Shown here one piece after another: positions 10,702 to 24,927 of a stretch of 64,000 nt of DNA; the stretch's first letter is position 1; every line of letters starts with the position of its first letter. The translations under genes were made by a program, and so were the position numbers. The stretch is from assembly GCF_009914755.1 (NCBI RefSeq), contig NC_060948.1; one strand, given 5' to 3'. The DNA comes from the human T2T-CHM13v2.0 reference genome, Homo sapiens. The notes below the pieces were generated by a model. That model did no database searches, was not told the origin of the DNA, and worked only from the letters and a program-made list of their open reading frames with translations.

Positions 10702-13700
10702 TCGAACTGAAGAGACTGGAATGGAATGCACTGGAATGGAAGGGAGTGTAATGGAAGGTTCTCGAAAAAAATGGAATCGAATGGAATGGAATTGAATGGA
10801 ACGGAATAGAGTCGAATGGAATTGAATGGAATGGAATGGACTAGAGTGAAATGGAATCGAACCACAAGGGATGGACAGGAATACAATGGTCTCGAATTGA
10901 ATGGAATCGTATGGAATGGCATCAAACGGAATGGAATGGACAGCCACGGAATGGAATGCACTCGAATGCAATGGAGTCGAAACTAATGGACTGGAATAGA
11001 ATGGACTCGACTGGTACGGACTCCAATGGAATGGAATCGAATGGAAGGGAATCGAACGGAATGGACTCGAAGGGAAAAGACTGCAATGGAAAGGTCTCGA
11101 ATGGAATGGAAATTAATGGAATGGAATGGAATCGAATGAAATGGAGTCAAAAGGAATGGAATCGAATGGCAAGAAATTGAATGTAATGGAATCGCAAGGA
11201 ATTGATGTGAACGGAACGGAATGGAATGGAATCCAAATGAATGGAATAGAATGGAATGGAATCGTATGGAAAGGACTCGAATGGAAATCACTCGAATAGA
11301 ATGCAATTTAATAAAATAGGATCAAATGTAATGGAATGGAATGGAAAGGAATCGAAACGAAAGGAATGGAGACAGATGGAATGGAATGGAACAGAGAGCA
11401 ATGGTATAGAATGGAATGGAATCATCTGGAATGGAATTGAATGGAATGGAATAATATGAAATGGAATGGAATGGAATGGAATGGAATGCCCTTGAATTAA
11501 ATGGACTGGAATGGAATGGACTCGAACAGAGTGGAATGGAAAGTGTTGAGATAGAATGGAATGGACTCCTTTGGAATGGTGTAGTATGCAATGCAATCGA
11601 CTGGCAGGGAATCAAAAGGAATGTAATGGAATGGACTGGACTGGAATGCAATGGACTCGAATAGATTGGAAACGGAATGCAAAGGAATGGAATGGAATAG
11701 TATGGAATGGAATGGAAAGGAATGGAGTGGAATAGACTAGAGTGGAATGGAATGGACTGGAAAGCAATGGACTGGAATGGAACTTTCTTGAATGGACTGG
11801 AATCAAACGGAATGGAATGCAATGCAATCAAATGGCATGGAATAAAATAGAATGAAAGAGAATCAAATGGAATTGAATCGAATGGAATCGAATGGATAGG
11901 AAAGGAATAGAATGGAATGGAATGGAATTGACTCAAATGGAATGGACTAGAATGGAATGGATTCGAATGGAAGGCAAAGGAATGGAATCTATTGGAATGG
12001 ACTGTAATGGAATGGAATGGAAGGGATTGGAATGGACTCGAATGGAATGGACTGCAATAGAAAGGATTCGAATGGAATGAAAAAGAATTGAATGGAATAG
12101 AACAGAATGGAATCAAATCGAATGAAATGGAATGGAATAGAAAGGAATGGAATGAAATGGAATGGAAAGGATTCGAATGGAATGCAATCGAATGGAATGG
12201 AATCGAACGGAATGGAATAAAATGGAAGAAAACTGGCAAGAAATGGAATCGAAATGAATGGAGTGTTATGGAACGGACTCAAAAGGAATTGAATGTAATA
12301 GAATGGAGTGGAGTGGACTCGAATATAATGGACTGGAATGGAATGAAATCACATGGAATGGGAACGAATGGAATGGAATGGAAAGGAATGGAATCGAATG
12401 GAAAGGAATCGAATGGAAGGGAATGAAATTGAATCAACAGGAATGGAAGGGAATAGAATAGACGGTAATGGAATGGACTCGAATAGAATGGACACGAATG
12501 CTCAAATTGAATGGACTCGAATGGAATGGAAACGAAAGGAATGTCATCGAATGGAATTGAATCGATTGGAATGAAATCGCATAGAATGGAGTGGAATCAA
12601 ATGGAATTGAATCGAAAGGAAAGGAAGCAAATGGACTGAAATGGAATGGAATGGAATTGAATGGAAAGTTATGTAATGGAATACAATGGAACGAAATTTC
12701 ACGGAATGGAATCAAACTGAATGGAATCAAATCAATGGAATCAAATCAAATGGAATGGAAAGGAATTGAATGGAGTAGATTGGATGGGATGGGATTGGAA
12801 TGAAATGTACTGGAAAGGACTCGAATTTCATGAAACGGAATGGAATGAATTGGAACGGAATGGACTCGAATGGAATGGAATGTCAGGGAATGGCATCAAA
12901 TGGAATGGCATCAAATGGAATGGAATCGAATGCAATGGAATGCTATGGAATGGAATGGAATGCATTGGAATGGAATGTCCTCTAATGGAATGGATTCGAG
13001 TGGAATGGAATCGAATATAATGGAGTCGAATGAAATGGAATTGAAAGGAATAGGATCGAATACAATGGAATATCCTGGAATGTAATTTAATGAACTCGAA
13101 TGTAATTGACTGGAATGGAATGTACATGAATGGAATGTAATCGAATGGAAAGTAATCCAATGGAATAGAATCTAATGCAATAAAATCGACTCAGATAGAG
13201 TAGAATGTAATGGAATGGAGTGCAGTGCAATGGAATGGAATGGAATGGAATGCAATGGAATGGAATGGAATGGAATGGAATGGAATGGAATGGTGTGGAA
13301 TGGATAGTAATGGACTGGAGTGAAATGGACTGGAAAGGAATGGACTCAAATTGAAAGGGCTCGAAAGGAATGGAATCAAATGGAATGGTCTGGAATGGAA
13401 TGAACACGAATGTAATGCAATCCAATAGAATGGAATCGAATGGCATGGAATATAAAGAAATGGAATCGAAGAGAATGGAAACAAATGGAATGGAATTGAG
13501 TGGAATGGAATTGAATGGAATGGGAACGAATGGAGTGAAATTGTATGCAGTAGAAGAGAATAGAATGGAATGCAAGCGAAAGGAAAGGAATGGATTGGAA
13601 TGGAATGCAATTCATTGGAATGGAAGGGAATGTAGTGTAATGGACAGGCCTGGAATAAAGTGGAATGCTACGGTCTCGAATGGAATAAAAATGTATGGAA

Positions 13701-14250
13701 TGGAATGCAATGAAACGGAATCGAATGTCATAGAATGTAATGGAATGCAAAAAAATGGAATCCAAAATCATTGACTGGAAAGGCTGGGTGTCGAAAGGAA
13801 TTGACTCCAATGGAATGGAATCGAATGGAATGGAAGTGAATAGAATCGAACTAAATCGAATGGAATGGAATTGATAGGAACGGAATGGAAAGGAATGCAA
13901 TGATTTGGCATGGAATGGAATCGAATGGCATCGAATGGAATGGAATGGAATGCAATGGAATGGAATGTATTAGAATGTAATGAACTTTAATGGAATGTAC
14001 TCGAATGGATTCGACTGGAATGCAATGTTCTGGAAGTGAATGGACTCCAATGGAATGGATTCAAAAGGAATGGAATCGTACGGAATGGAATCTAATGGAA
14101 TGGAATTAAATGGAAATGAATCAAATTGAATAGCACGGAATTGAATTGAATGGAATGGAATGCAATGGAATCTAATGAAACGGAAAGGAAAGGAATGGAA
14201 TGGAATGGAATGGGCTGGAATGGAAAGGAATCGAAACGAATGGAATGGAA
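10702..14250 (+). repeat. DYZ1 unit 4 (3549 bp), EcoRI site lost
   Basis: Landmark spacing; CAATTC at 13608-13613. Confidence 0.92.
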
Positions 14251-17200
14251 TCGAACTGAAGAGACTGGAATGGAATGCACTGGAATGGAAGGGAGTGTAA
14301 TGGAAGGTTGTCGAAAAAAATGGAATCGAATGGAATGGAATTGAATGGAACGGAATAGAGTCGAATGGAATTGAATGGAATGGAATGGACTAGAGTGAAA
14401 TGGAATCGAACCACAAGGAATGGAGAGGAATAGAATGGTCTCGAATTGAATGGAATCGTATGGAATGGCATCAAACGGAATGTAATGGACAGCCACGGAA
14501 TGGAATGCACTCGAATGCAATGGAGTCGAAACTAATGGACTGGAAGAGAATGGACTCGACTGGTACGGACTGCAATGGAATGGAATCGAATGGAAGGGAA
14601 TCGAACGGAATGGACTCAAAGGGAAAAGACTGCAATGGAAAGGTCTCGAATGGAATGGAAATTAATGGAATGGAATGGAATCGAATGAAATGGAGTCAAA
14701 AGGAATGGAATCGAATGGCAAGAAATCGAATGTAATGGAATCGCAAGGAATTGATGTGAACGAAACGGAATGGAATGGAATCCAAAGGAATGGAATAGAA
14801 TGGAATGGAATCGAATGGAAAGGACTCGAATGGAAATCACTCGAATAGAATGCAATTTAATAAAATAGGATCAAATGTAATGGAATGGAATGGAAAGGAA
14901 TCGAAACGAAAGGAATGGAGACAGATGGAATGGAATGGAACAGAGAGCAATGGTATAGAATGGAATGGAATCATCTGGAATGGAATTGAATGGAATGGAA
15001 TAATATGAAATGGAATGGAATGGAATGGAATGCCCTTGAATTAAATGGACTGGAATGGAATGGACTCGAACAGAGTGGAATGGAAAGTGTTGAGATAGAA
15101 TGGAATGGACTCCTTTGGAATGGTCTAGTATGCAATGCAATCGACTGGTAGGGAATCAAAAGGAATGTAATCGAATGGATTGGACTGGAATGCAATGGAC
15201 TCGAATAGATTGGAAACGGAATGCAAAGGAATGGAATGGAATAGTATGGAATGGAATGGAAAGGAATGGAGTGGAATAGACTAGAGTGGAATGGAATGGA
15301 CTGGAAAGCAATAGACTGGAATGGAACTTTCTTGAATGGACTGGAATCAAACGGAATGGAATGCAATGCAATCAAATGGCATGGAATAAAATAGAATGAA
15401 AGAGAATCAAATGGAATTGAATCGAATGGAATCGAATGGATTGGAAAGGAATAGAATGGAATGGAATGGAATGGACTCAAATGGAATGGACTAGAATGGA
15501 ATGGATTCGAATGGAAGGCAAAGGAATGGAATCTATTGGAATGGACTGTAATGGAATGGAATGGAAGGGATTGGAATGGACTCGAATGGAATGGACTGCA
15601 ATAGAAAGGATTCGAATGGAATGAAAAAGAATTGAATGGAATAGAACAGAATGGAATCAAATCGAATGAAATGGAATGGAATAGAAAGGAATGGAATGAA
15701 ATGGAATGGAAAGGATTCGAATGGAATGCAATCGAATGGAATGGAATCGAACGGAATGGAATAAAATGGAAGAAAACAGGCAAGAAATGGAATCGAAATG
15801 AATGGAGTGTTATGGAACGGACTCAAAAGGAATTGAATGTAATAGAATGGAGTGGAGTGGACTCGAATATAATGGACTGGAATGGAATGAAATCACATGG
15901 AATGGGAACGAATGGAATGGAATGGAAAGGAATGGAATCGAATGGAAAGGAATCGAATGGAAGGGAATGAAATTGAATCAACAGGAATGGAAGGGAATAG
16001 AATAGACGGTAATGGAATGGACTCGAATAGAATGGACACGAATGCTCAAATTGAATGGACTCGAATGGAATGGAAACGAAAGGAATGTCATCGAATGGAA
16101 TTGAATCGATTGGAATGAAATCGCATAGAATGGAGTGGAATCAAATGGAATTGAATCGAAAGGAAAGGAAGCGAATGGACTGAAATGAAATGGAATGGAA
16201 TTGAATGGAAAGTAATGCAATGGAATAGAATGGAACGAAATTTCACGGAATGGAATCAAACTGAATGGAATCAAATCAATGGAATCAAATCAAATGGAAT
16301 GGAAAGGAATTGAATGGAGTAGATTGGATTGGATGGGATTGGAATGAAATGTACTGGAAAGGACTCGAATTTCATGAAACGGAATGGAATGAATTGGAAC
16401 GGAATGGACTCGAATGGAATGGAATGTCATGGAATGGCATCAAATGGAATGGCATCAAATGGAATGGAATCGAATGCAATGGAATGTTATGGAATGGAAT
16501 GGAATGCATTGGAATGGAATGTCCTCTAATGGAATGGATTCGAGTGGAATGGAATCGAATATAATGGAGTCGAATGAAATGGAATTGAAAGGAATGGGAT
16601 CGAATAGAATGGAATATACTGGAATGTAATGTAATGAACTCGAATGTAATTGACTGGAATGGAATGTACATGAATGGAATGTAATCGAATGGAAAGTAAT
16701 CCAATGGAATAGAATCTAATGCAATAAAATCGACTCAGATAGAGTAGAATGTAATGGAATGGAGTGCAGTGCAATGGAATGGAATGGAATGGAATGCAAT
16801 GGAATGGAATGGAATGGAATGGAATGGAATGGAATGGAATGGAATGGTGTGGAATGGATAGTAATGGACTGGAGTGAAATGGACTGGAAAGGAATGGACT
16901 CAAATTGAAAGGGCTCGAAAGGAATGGAATCAAATGGAATGGTCTGGAATGGAATGAACACGAATGTAATGCAATCCAATAGAATGGAATCGAATGGCAT
17001 GGAATATAAAGAAATGGAATCGAAGAGAATGGAAACAAATGGAATGGAATTGAGTGGAATGGAATTGAATGGAATGGGAACGAATGGAGTGAAATTGTAT
17101 GCAGTAGAAGAGAATAGAATGGAATGCAAGCGAAAGGAAAGGAATGGATTGGAATGGAATGGAATTCATTGGAATGGAAGGGAATGTAGTGTAATGGACA

Positions 17201-17804
17201 GGCCTGGAATAAAGTGGAATGCTACGGTCTCGAATGGAATAAAAATGTATGGAATGGAATGCAATGAAACGGAATCGAATGTCATAGAATGTAATGGAAT
17301 GCAAAAAAATGGAATCCAAAATCATTGACTGGAAAGGCTGGGTGTCGAAAGGAATTGACTCCAATGGAATGGAATCGAATGGAATGGAAGTGAATAGAAT
17401 CGAACTAAATCGAATGGAATGGAATTGATAGGAACGGAATGGAAAGGAATGCAATGATTTGGCATGGAATGGAATCGAATGGCATCGAATGGAATGGAAT
17501 GGAATGCAATGGAATGGAATGTATTAGAATGTAATGAACTTTAATGGAATGTACTCGAATGGATTCGACTGGAATGGAATGTTCTGGAAGTGAATGGACT
17601 CCAATGGAATGGATTCCAAAGGAATGGAATCGTACGGAATGGAATCTAATGGAATGGAATTAAATGGAAATGAATCAAATTGAATAGCACGGAATTGAAT
17701 TGAATGGAATGGAATGCAATGGAATCTAATGAAACGGAAAGGAAAGGAATGGAATGGAATGGAATGGGCTGGAATGGAAAGGAATCGAAACGAATGGAAT
17801 GGAA
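14251..17804 (+). repeat. DYZ1 unit 5 (3554 bp)
   Basis: Landmark spacing. Confidence 0.92.
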
Positions 17805-20800
17805 TCGAACTGAAGAGACTGGAATGGAATGCACTGGAATGGAAGGGAGTGTAATGGAAGGTTGTCGAAAAAAATGGAATCGAATGGAATGGAATTGAAT
17901 GGAACGGAATAGAGTCGAATGGAATTGAATGGAATGGAATGGACTAGAGTGAAATGGAATCGAACCACAAGGAATGGACAGGAATAGAATGGTCTCGAAT
18001 TGAATGGAATCGTATGGAATGGCATCAAACGGAATGTAATGGACAGCCACGGAATGGAATGCACTCGAATGCAATGGAGTCGAAACTAATGGACTGGAAT
18101 AGAATGGACTCGACTGGTACGGACTGCAATGGAATGGAATCGAATGGAAGGGAATCGAACGGAATGGACTCAAAGGGAAAAGACTGCAATGGAAAGGTCT
18201 CGAATGGAATGGAAATTAATGGAATGGAATGGAATCGAAAGAAATGGAGTCAAAAGGAATGGAATCGAATGGCAAGAAATCGAATGTAATGGAATCGCAA
18301 GGAATTGATGTGAACGGAACGGAATGGAATGGAATCCAAAGGAATGGAATAGAATGGAATGCAATCGAATGGAAAGGACTCGAATGGAAATCACTCGAAT
18401 AGAATGCAATTTAATAAAATAGGATCAAATGTAATGGAATGGAATGGAAAGGAATCGAAACGAAAGGAATGGAGACAGATGGAATGGAATGGAACAGAGA
18501 GCAATGGTATAGAATGGAATGGAATCATCTGGAATGGAATTGAATGGAATGGAATAATATGAAATGGAATGGAATGGAATGGAATGGAATGCCCTTGAAT
18601 TAAATGGACTGGAATGGAATGGACTCGAACAGAGTGGAATGGAAAGTGTTGAGATAGAATGGAATGGACTCCTTTGGAATGGTCTAGTATGCAATGCAAT
18701 CGACTGGTAGGGAATCAAAAGGAATGTAATCGAATGGATTGGACTGGAATGCAATGGACTCGAATAGATTGGAAACGGAATGCAAAGGAATGGAATGGAA
18801 TAGTATGCAATGGAATGGAAAGGAATGGAGTGGAATAGACTAGAGTGGAATGGAATGGACTGGAAAGCAATAGACTGGAATGGAACTTTCTTGAATGGAC
18901 TGGAATCAAACGGAATGGAATGCAATGCAATCAAATGGCATGGAATAAAATAGAATGAAAGAGAATCAAATGGAATTGAATCGAATGGAATCGAATGGAT
19001 TGGAAAGGAATAGAATGGAATGGAATGGAATTGACTCAAATGGAATGGACTAGAATGGAATGGATTCGAATGGAAGGCAAAGGAATGGAATCTATTGGAA
19101 TGGACTGTAATGGAATGGAATGGAAGGGATTGGAATGGACTCGAATGGAATGGACTGCAATAGAAAGGATTCGAATGGAATGAAAAAGAATTGAATGGAA
19201 TAGAACAGAATGGAATCAAATCGAATGAAATGGAATGGAATAGAAAGGAATGGAATGAAATGGAATGGAAAGGATTCGAATGGAATGCAATCGAATGGAA
19301 TGGAATCGAACGGAATGGAATAAAATGGAAGAAAACAGGCAAGAAATGGAATCGAAATGAATGGAGTGTTATGGAATGGACTCAAAAGGAATTGAATGTA
19401 ATAGAATGGAGTGGAGTGGACTCGAATATAATGGACTGGAATGGAATGAAATCACATGGAATGGGAACGAATGGAATGGAATGGAAAGGAATGGAATCGA
19501 ATGGAAAGGAATCGAATGGAAGGGAATGAAATTGAATCAACAGGAATGGAAGGGAATAGAATAGACGGTAATGGAATGGACTCGAATAGAATGGACACGA
19601 ATGCTCAAATTGAATGGACTCGAATGGAATGGAAACGAAAGGAATGTCATCGAATGGAATTGAATCGATTGGAATGAAATCGCATAGAATGGAGTGGAAT
19701 CAAATGGAATTGAATCGAAAGGAAAGGAAGCGAATGGACTGAAATGAAATGGAATGGAATTGAATGGAAAGTAATGCAATGGAATAGAATGGAACGAAAT
19801 TTCACGGAATGGAATCAAACTGAATGGAATCAAATCAATGGAATCAAATCAAATGGAATGGAAAGGAATTGAATGGAGTAGATTGGATTGGATGGGATTG
19901 GAATGAAATGTACTGGAAAGGACTCGAATTTCATGAAACGGAATGGAATGAATTGGAACGGAATGGACTCGAATGGAATGGAATGTCATGGAATGGCATC
20001 AAATGGAATGGCATCAAATGGAATGGAATCGAATGCAATGGAATGTTATGGAATGGAATGGAATGCATTGGAATGGAATGTCCTCTAATGGAATGGATTC
20101 GAGTGGAATGGAATCGAATATAATGGAGTCGAATGAAATGGAATTGAAAGGAATGGGATCGAATAGAATGGAATATACTGGAATGTAATGTAATGAACTC
20201 GAATGTAATTGACTGGAATGGAATGTACATGAATGGAATGTAATCGAATGGAAAGTAATCCAATGGAATAGAATCTAATGCAATAAAACCGACTCAGATA
20301 GCGTAGAATGTAATGGAATGGAGTGCAGTGCAATGGAATGGAATGGAATAGAATGCAATGGAATGGAATGGAATGGAATGGAATGGAATGGAATGGAATG
20401 GGATGGAATGGTATGGAATGGATAGTAATGGACTGGAGTGAAATGGACTGGAAAGGAATGGACTCAAATTGAAAGGGCTCGAAAGGAATGGAGTCAAATG
20501 GAATGGTCTGGAATGGAATGAACACGAATGTAATGCAATCCAATAGAATGGAATCGAATGGCATGGAATATAAAGAAATGGATTCGAAGAGAATGGAAAC
20601 AAATGGAATGGAATTGAATGGAATGGAATTGAATGGAATGGGAACGAATGGAGTGAAATTGTATGCAGTAGAAGGGAATAGAATGGAATGCAAGCGAAAG
20701 GAAACGAATGGATTGGAATGGAATGGAATTCATTGGAATGGAAGGGAATGTAGTGTAATGGACAGGCCTGGAATAAAGTGGAATGCTACGGTCTCGAATG

Positions 20801-21368
20801 GAATAAAAATGTATGGAATGGAATGCAATGAAACGGAATCGAATGTCATAGAATGTAATGGAATGCAACAAAATGGAATCCAAAATCATTGACTGGAAAG
20901 GCTGGGTGTCGAAAGGAATTGACTCCAATGGAATGGAATCGAATGGAATGGAAGTGAATAGAATCGAACTAAATCGAATGGAATGGAATTGATAGGAACG
21001 GAATGGAAAGGAATGCAATGATTTGGCATGGAATGGAATCGAATGGCATCGAATGGAATGGAATGGAATGCAATGGAATGGAATGTATTAGAATGTAATG
21101 AACTTTAATGGAATGTACTCGAATGGATTCGACTGGAATGGAATGTTCTGGAAGTGAATGGACTCCAATGGAATGGATTCCAAAGGAATGGAATCGTACG
21201 GAATGGAATCTAATGGAATGGAATTAAATGGAAATGAATCAAATTGAATAGCACGGAATTGAATTGAATGGAATGGAATGCAATGGAATCTAATGAAACG
21301 GAAAGGAAAGGAATGGAATGGAATGGAATGGGATGGAATGGAAAGGAATCGAAACGAAAGGAATGGAA
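17805..21368 (+). repeat. DYZ1 unit 6 (3564 bp, canonical length)
   Basis: Landmark spacing. Confidence 0.92.
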
Positions 21369-24300
21369 TCGAAGTGGAGAGACTGGAATGGAATGCACTG
21401 GAATGGAAGGGAGTGTAATGGAAGGTTCTCGAAAAAAATGGAATCGAATGGAATGGAATTGAATGGAACGGAATAGAGTCGAATGGAATTGAATGGAATG
21501 GAATGGACTAGAGTGAAATGGAATCGAACCACAAGGAATGGAGAGGAATAGAATGGTCTCGAATTGAATGGAATCGTATGGAATGGCATCAAACGGAATG
21601 GAATGGACAGCCACGGAATGGAATGCACTCGAATGCAATGGAGTCGAAACTAATGGACTGGAATAGAATGGACTCGACTGGTACGGACTCCAATGGAATG
21701 GAATCGAATGGAAGGGAATCGAACGGAATGGACTCGAAGGGAAAAGACTGCAATGGAAAGGTCTCGAATGGAATGGAAATTAATGGAATGGAATGGAATC
21801 GAATGAAATGGAGTCAAAAGGAATGGAATCGAATGGCAAGAAATCGAATGTAATGGAATCGCAAGGAATTGATGTGAACGGAACGGAATGGAATGGAATC
21901 CAAAGGAATGGAATAGAATGGAATGGAATCGAATGGAAAGGACTCGAATGGAAATCACTCGAATAGAATGCAATTTAATAAAATAGGATCAAATGTAATG
22001 GAATGGAATGGAAAGGAATCGAAACGAAAGGAATGGAGACAGATGGAATGGAATAGAACAGAGAGCAATGGTATAGAATGGAATGGAATCATCTGGAATG
22101 GAATTGAATGGAATGGAATAATATGAAATGGAATGGAATGGAATGGAATGGAATGCCCGTGAATTAAATGGACTGGAATGGAATGGACTCGAACAGAGTG
22201 GAATGGAAAGTGTTGAGATAGAATGGAATGGACTCCTTTGGAATGGTGTAGTATGCAATGCAATCGACTGGCAGGGAATCAAAAGGAATGTAATCGAATG
22301 GATTGGACTGGAATGCAATGGACTCGAATAGATTGCAAACGGAATGCAAAGGAATGGAATGGAATAGTATGGAATGGAATGGAAAGGAATGCAGTGGAAT
22401 AGACTAGAGTGGAATGGAATGGACTGGAAAGCAATGGACTGGAATGGAACTTTCTTGAATGGACTGGAATCAAACGGAATGGAATGCAATGCAATCAAAT
22501 GGCATGGAATAAAATAGAATGAAAGAGAATCAAATGGAATTGAATCGAATGGAATCGAATGGATTGGAAAGGAATAGAATGGAATGGAATGGAATGGACT
22601 CAAATGGAATGGACTAGAATGGAATGGATTCGAATGGAAGGCAAAGGAATGGAATCTATTGGAATGGACTGTAATGGAATGGAATGGAAGGGATTGGAAT
22701 GGACTCGAATGGAATGGACTGCAATAGAAAGGATTCGAATGGAATGAAAAAGAATTGAATGGAATAGAACAGAATGGAATCAAATCGAATGAAATGGAAT
22801 GGAATAGAAAGGAATGGAATGAAATGGAATGGAAAGGATTCGAATGGAATGCAATCGAATGGAATGGAATCGAACGGAATGGAATAAAATGGAAGAAAAC
22901 TGGCAAGAAATGGAATCGAAATGAATGGAGTGTTATGGAACGGACTCAAAAGGAATTGAATGTAATAGAATGGAGTGGAGTGGACTCGAATATAATGGAC
23001 TGGAATGGAATGAAATCACATGGAATGGGAACGAATGGAATGGAATGGAAAGGAATGGAATCGAATGGAAAGGAATCGAATGGAAGGGAATGAAATTGAA
23101 TCAACAGGAATGGAAGGGAATAGAATAGACGGTAATGGAATGGACTCGAATAGAATGGACACGAATGCTCAAATTGAATGGACTCGAATGGAATGGAAAC
23201 GAAAGGAATGTCATCGAATGGAATTGAATCGATTGGAATGAAATCGCATAGAATGGAGTGGAATCAAATGGAATTGAATCGAAAGGAAAGGAAGCGAATG
23301 GACTGAAATGAAATGGAATGGAATTGAATGGAAAGTAATGCAATGGAATAGAATGGAACGAAATTTCACGGAATGGAATCAAACTGAATGGAATCAAATC
23401 AATGGAATCAAATCAAATGGAATGGAAAGGAATTGAATGGAGTAGATTGGATTGTATGGGATTGGAATGAAATGTACTGGAAAGGACTCGAATTTCATGA
23501 AACGGAATGGAATGAATTGGAACGGAATGGACTCGAATGGAATGGAATGTCATGGAATGGCATCAAATGGAATGGCATCAAATGGAATGGAATCGAATGC
23601 AATGGAATGCTACGGAATGGAATGGAATGCATTGGAATGGAATGTCCTCTAATGGAATGGATTCGAGTGGAATGGAATCGAATATAATGGAGTCGAATGA
23701 AATGGAATTGAAAGGAATGGGATCGAATACAATGGAATATACTGGAATGTAATGTAATGAACTCGAATGTAATTGACTGGAATGGAATATACATGAATGG
23801 AATGTAATCGAATGGAAAGTAATCCAATGGAATAGAATTTAATGCAATAAAATCGACTCAGATAGAGTAGAATGTAATGGAATGGAGTGCAGTGCAATGG
23901 AATGGAATGGAATGGAATGCAATTGAATGGAATGGAATGGAATGGAATGGAATGGAATGGGATGGAATGGTATGGAATGGATAGTAATGGACTGGAGTGA
24001 AATGGACTGGAAAGGAATGGACTCAAATTGAAAGGGCTCGAAAGGAATGGAGTCAAATGGAGTGGTCTGTAATGGAATGAACACGAATGTAATGCAATCC
24101 AATAGAATGGAATCGAATGGCATGGAATATAAAGAAATGGAATCGAAGAGAATGGAAACAAATGGAATGGAATTGAATGGAATGGAATTGAATGGAATGG
24201 GAACGAATGGAGTGAAATTGTATGCAGTAGAAGGGAATAGAATGGAATGCAAGCGAATGGAAAGGAATGGATTGGAATGGAATGGAATTCATTGGAATGG

Positions 24301-24927
24301 AAGGGAATGCAGTGTAATGGACAGGCCTGGAATAAAGTGGAATGCTACGGTCTCGAATGGAATAAAAATGTATGGAATGGAAAGCAATGAAATGGAATCG
24401 AATGTCATAGAATGTAATGGAATGCAACAAAATGGAATCCAAAATCATTGACTGGAAAGGCTAGGTGTCCAAAGGAATTGACTCCAATGGAATGGAATCG
24501 AATGGAATGGAAGTGAATAGAATCGAACTAAATCGAATGGAATGGAATTGATAGGAACGGAATGGAAAGGAATGCAATGATTTGGCTTGGAATGGAATCG
24601 AATGGCATCGAATGGAATGGAATGGAATGCAATGGAATGGAATGTATTAGAATGTAATGAACTTTAATGGAATGTACTCGAATGGATTCGACTGGAATGG
24701 AATGTTCTGGAAGTGAATGGACTCCAATGGAATGGATTCAAAAGGAATGGAATCGTACGGAATGGAATCTAATGGAATGGAATTAAATGGAAATGAATCA
24801 AATTGAATAGCACGGAATTGAATTGAATGGAATGGAATGCAATGGAATCTAATGAAACGGAAAGGAAAGGAATGGAATGGAATGGAATGGGCTGGAATGG
24901 AAAGGAATCGAAACGAATGGAATGGAA
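21369..24927 (+). repeat. DYZ1 unit 7 (3559 bp)
   Basis: Landmark spacing (variant landmark TCGAAGTGGAGAGACT). Confidence 0.92.
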
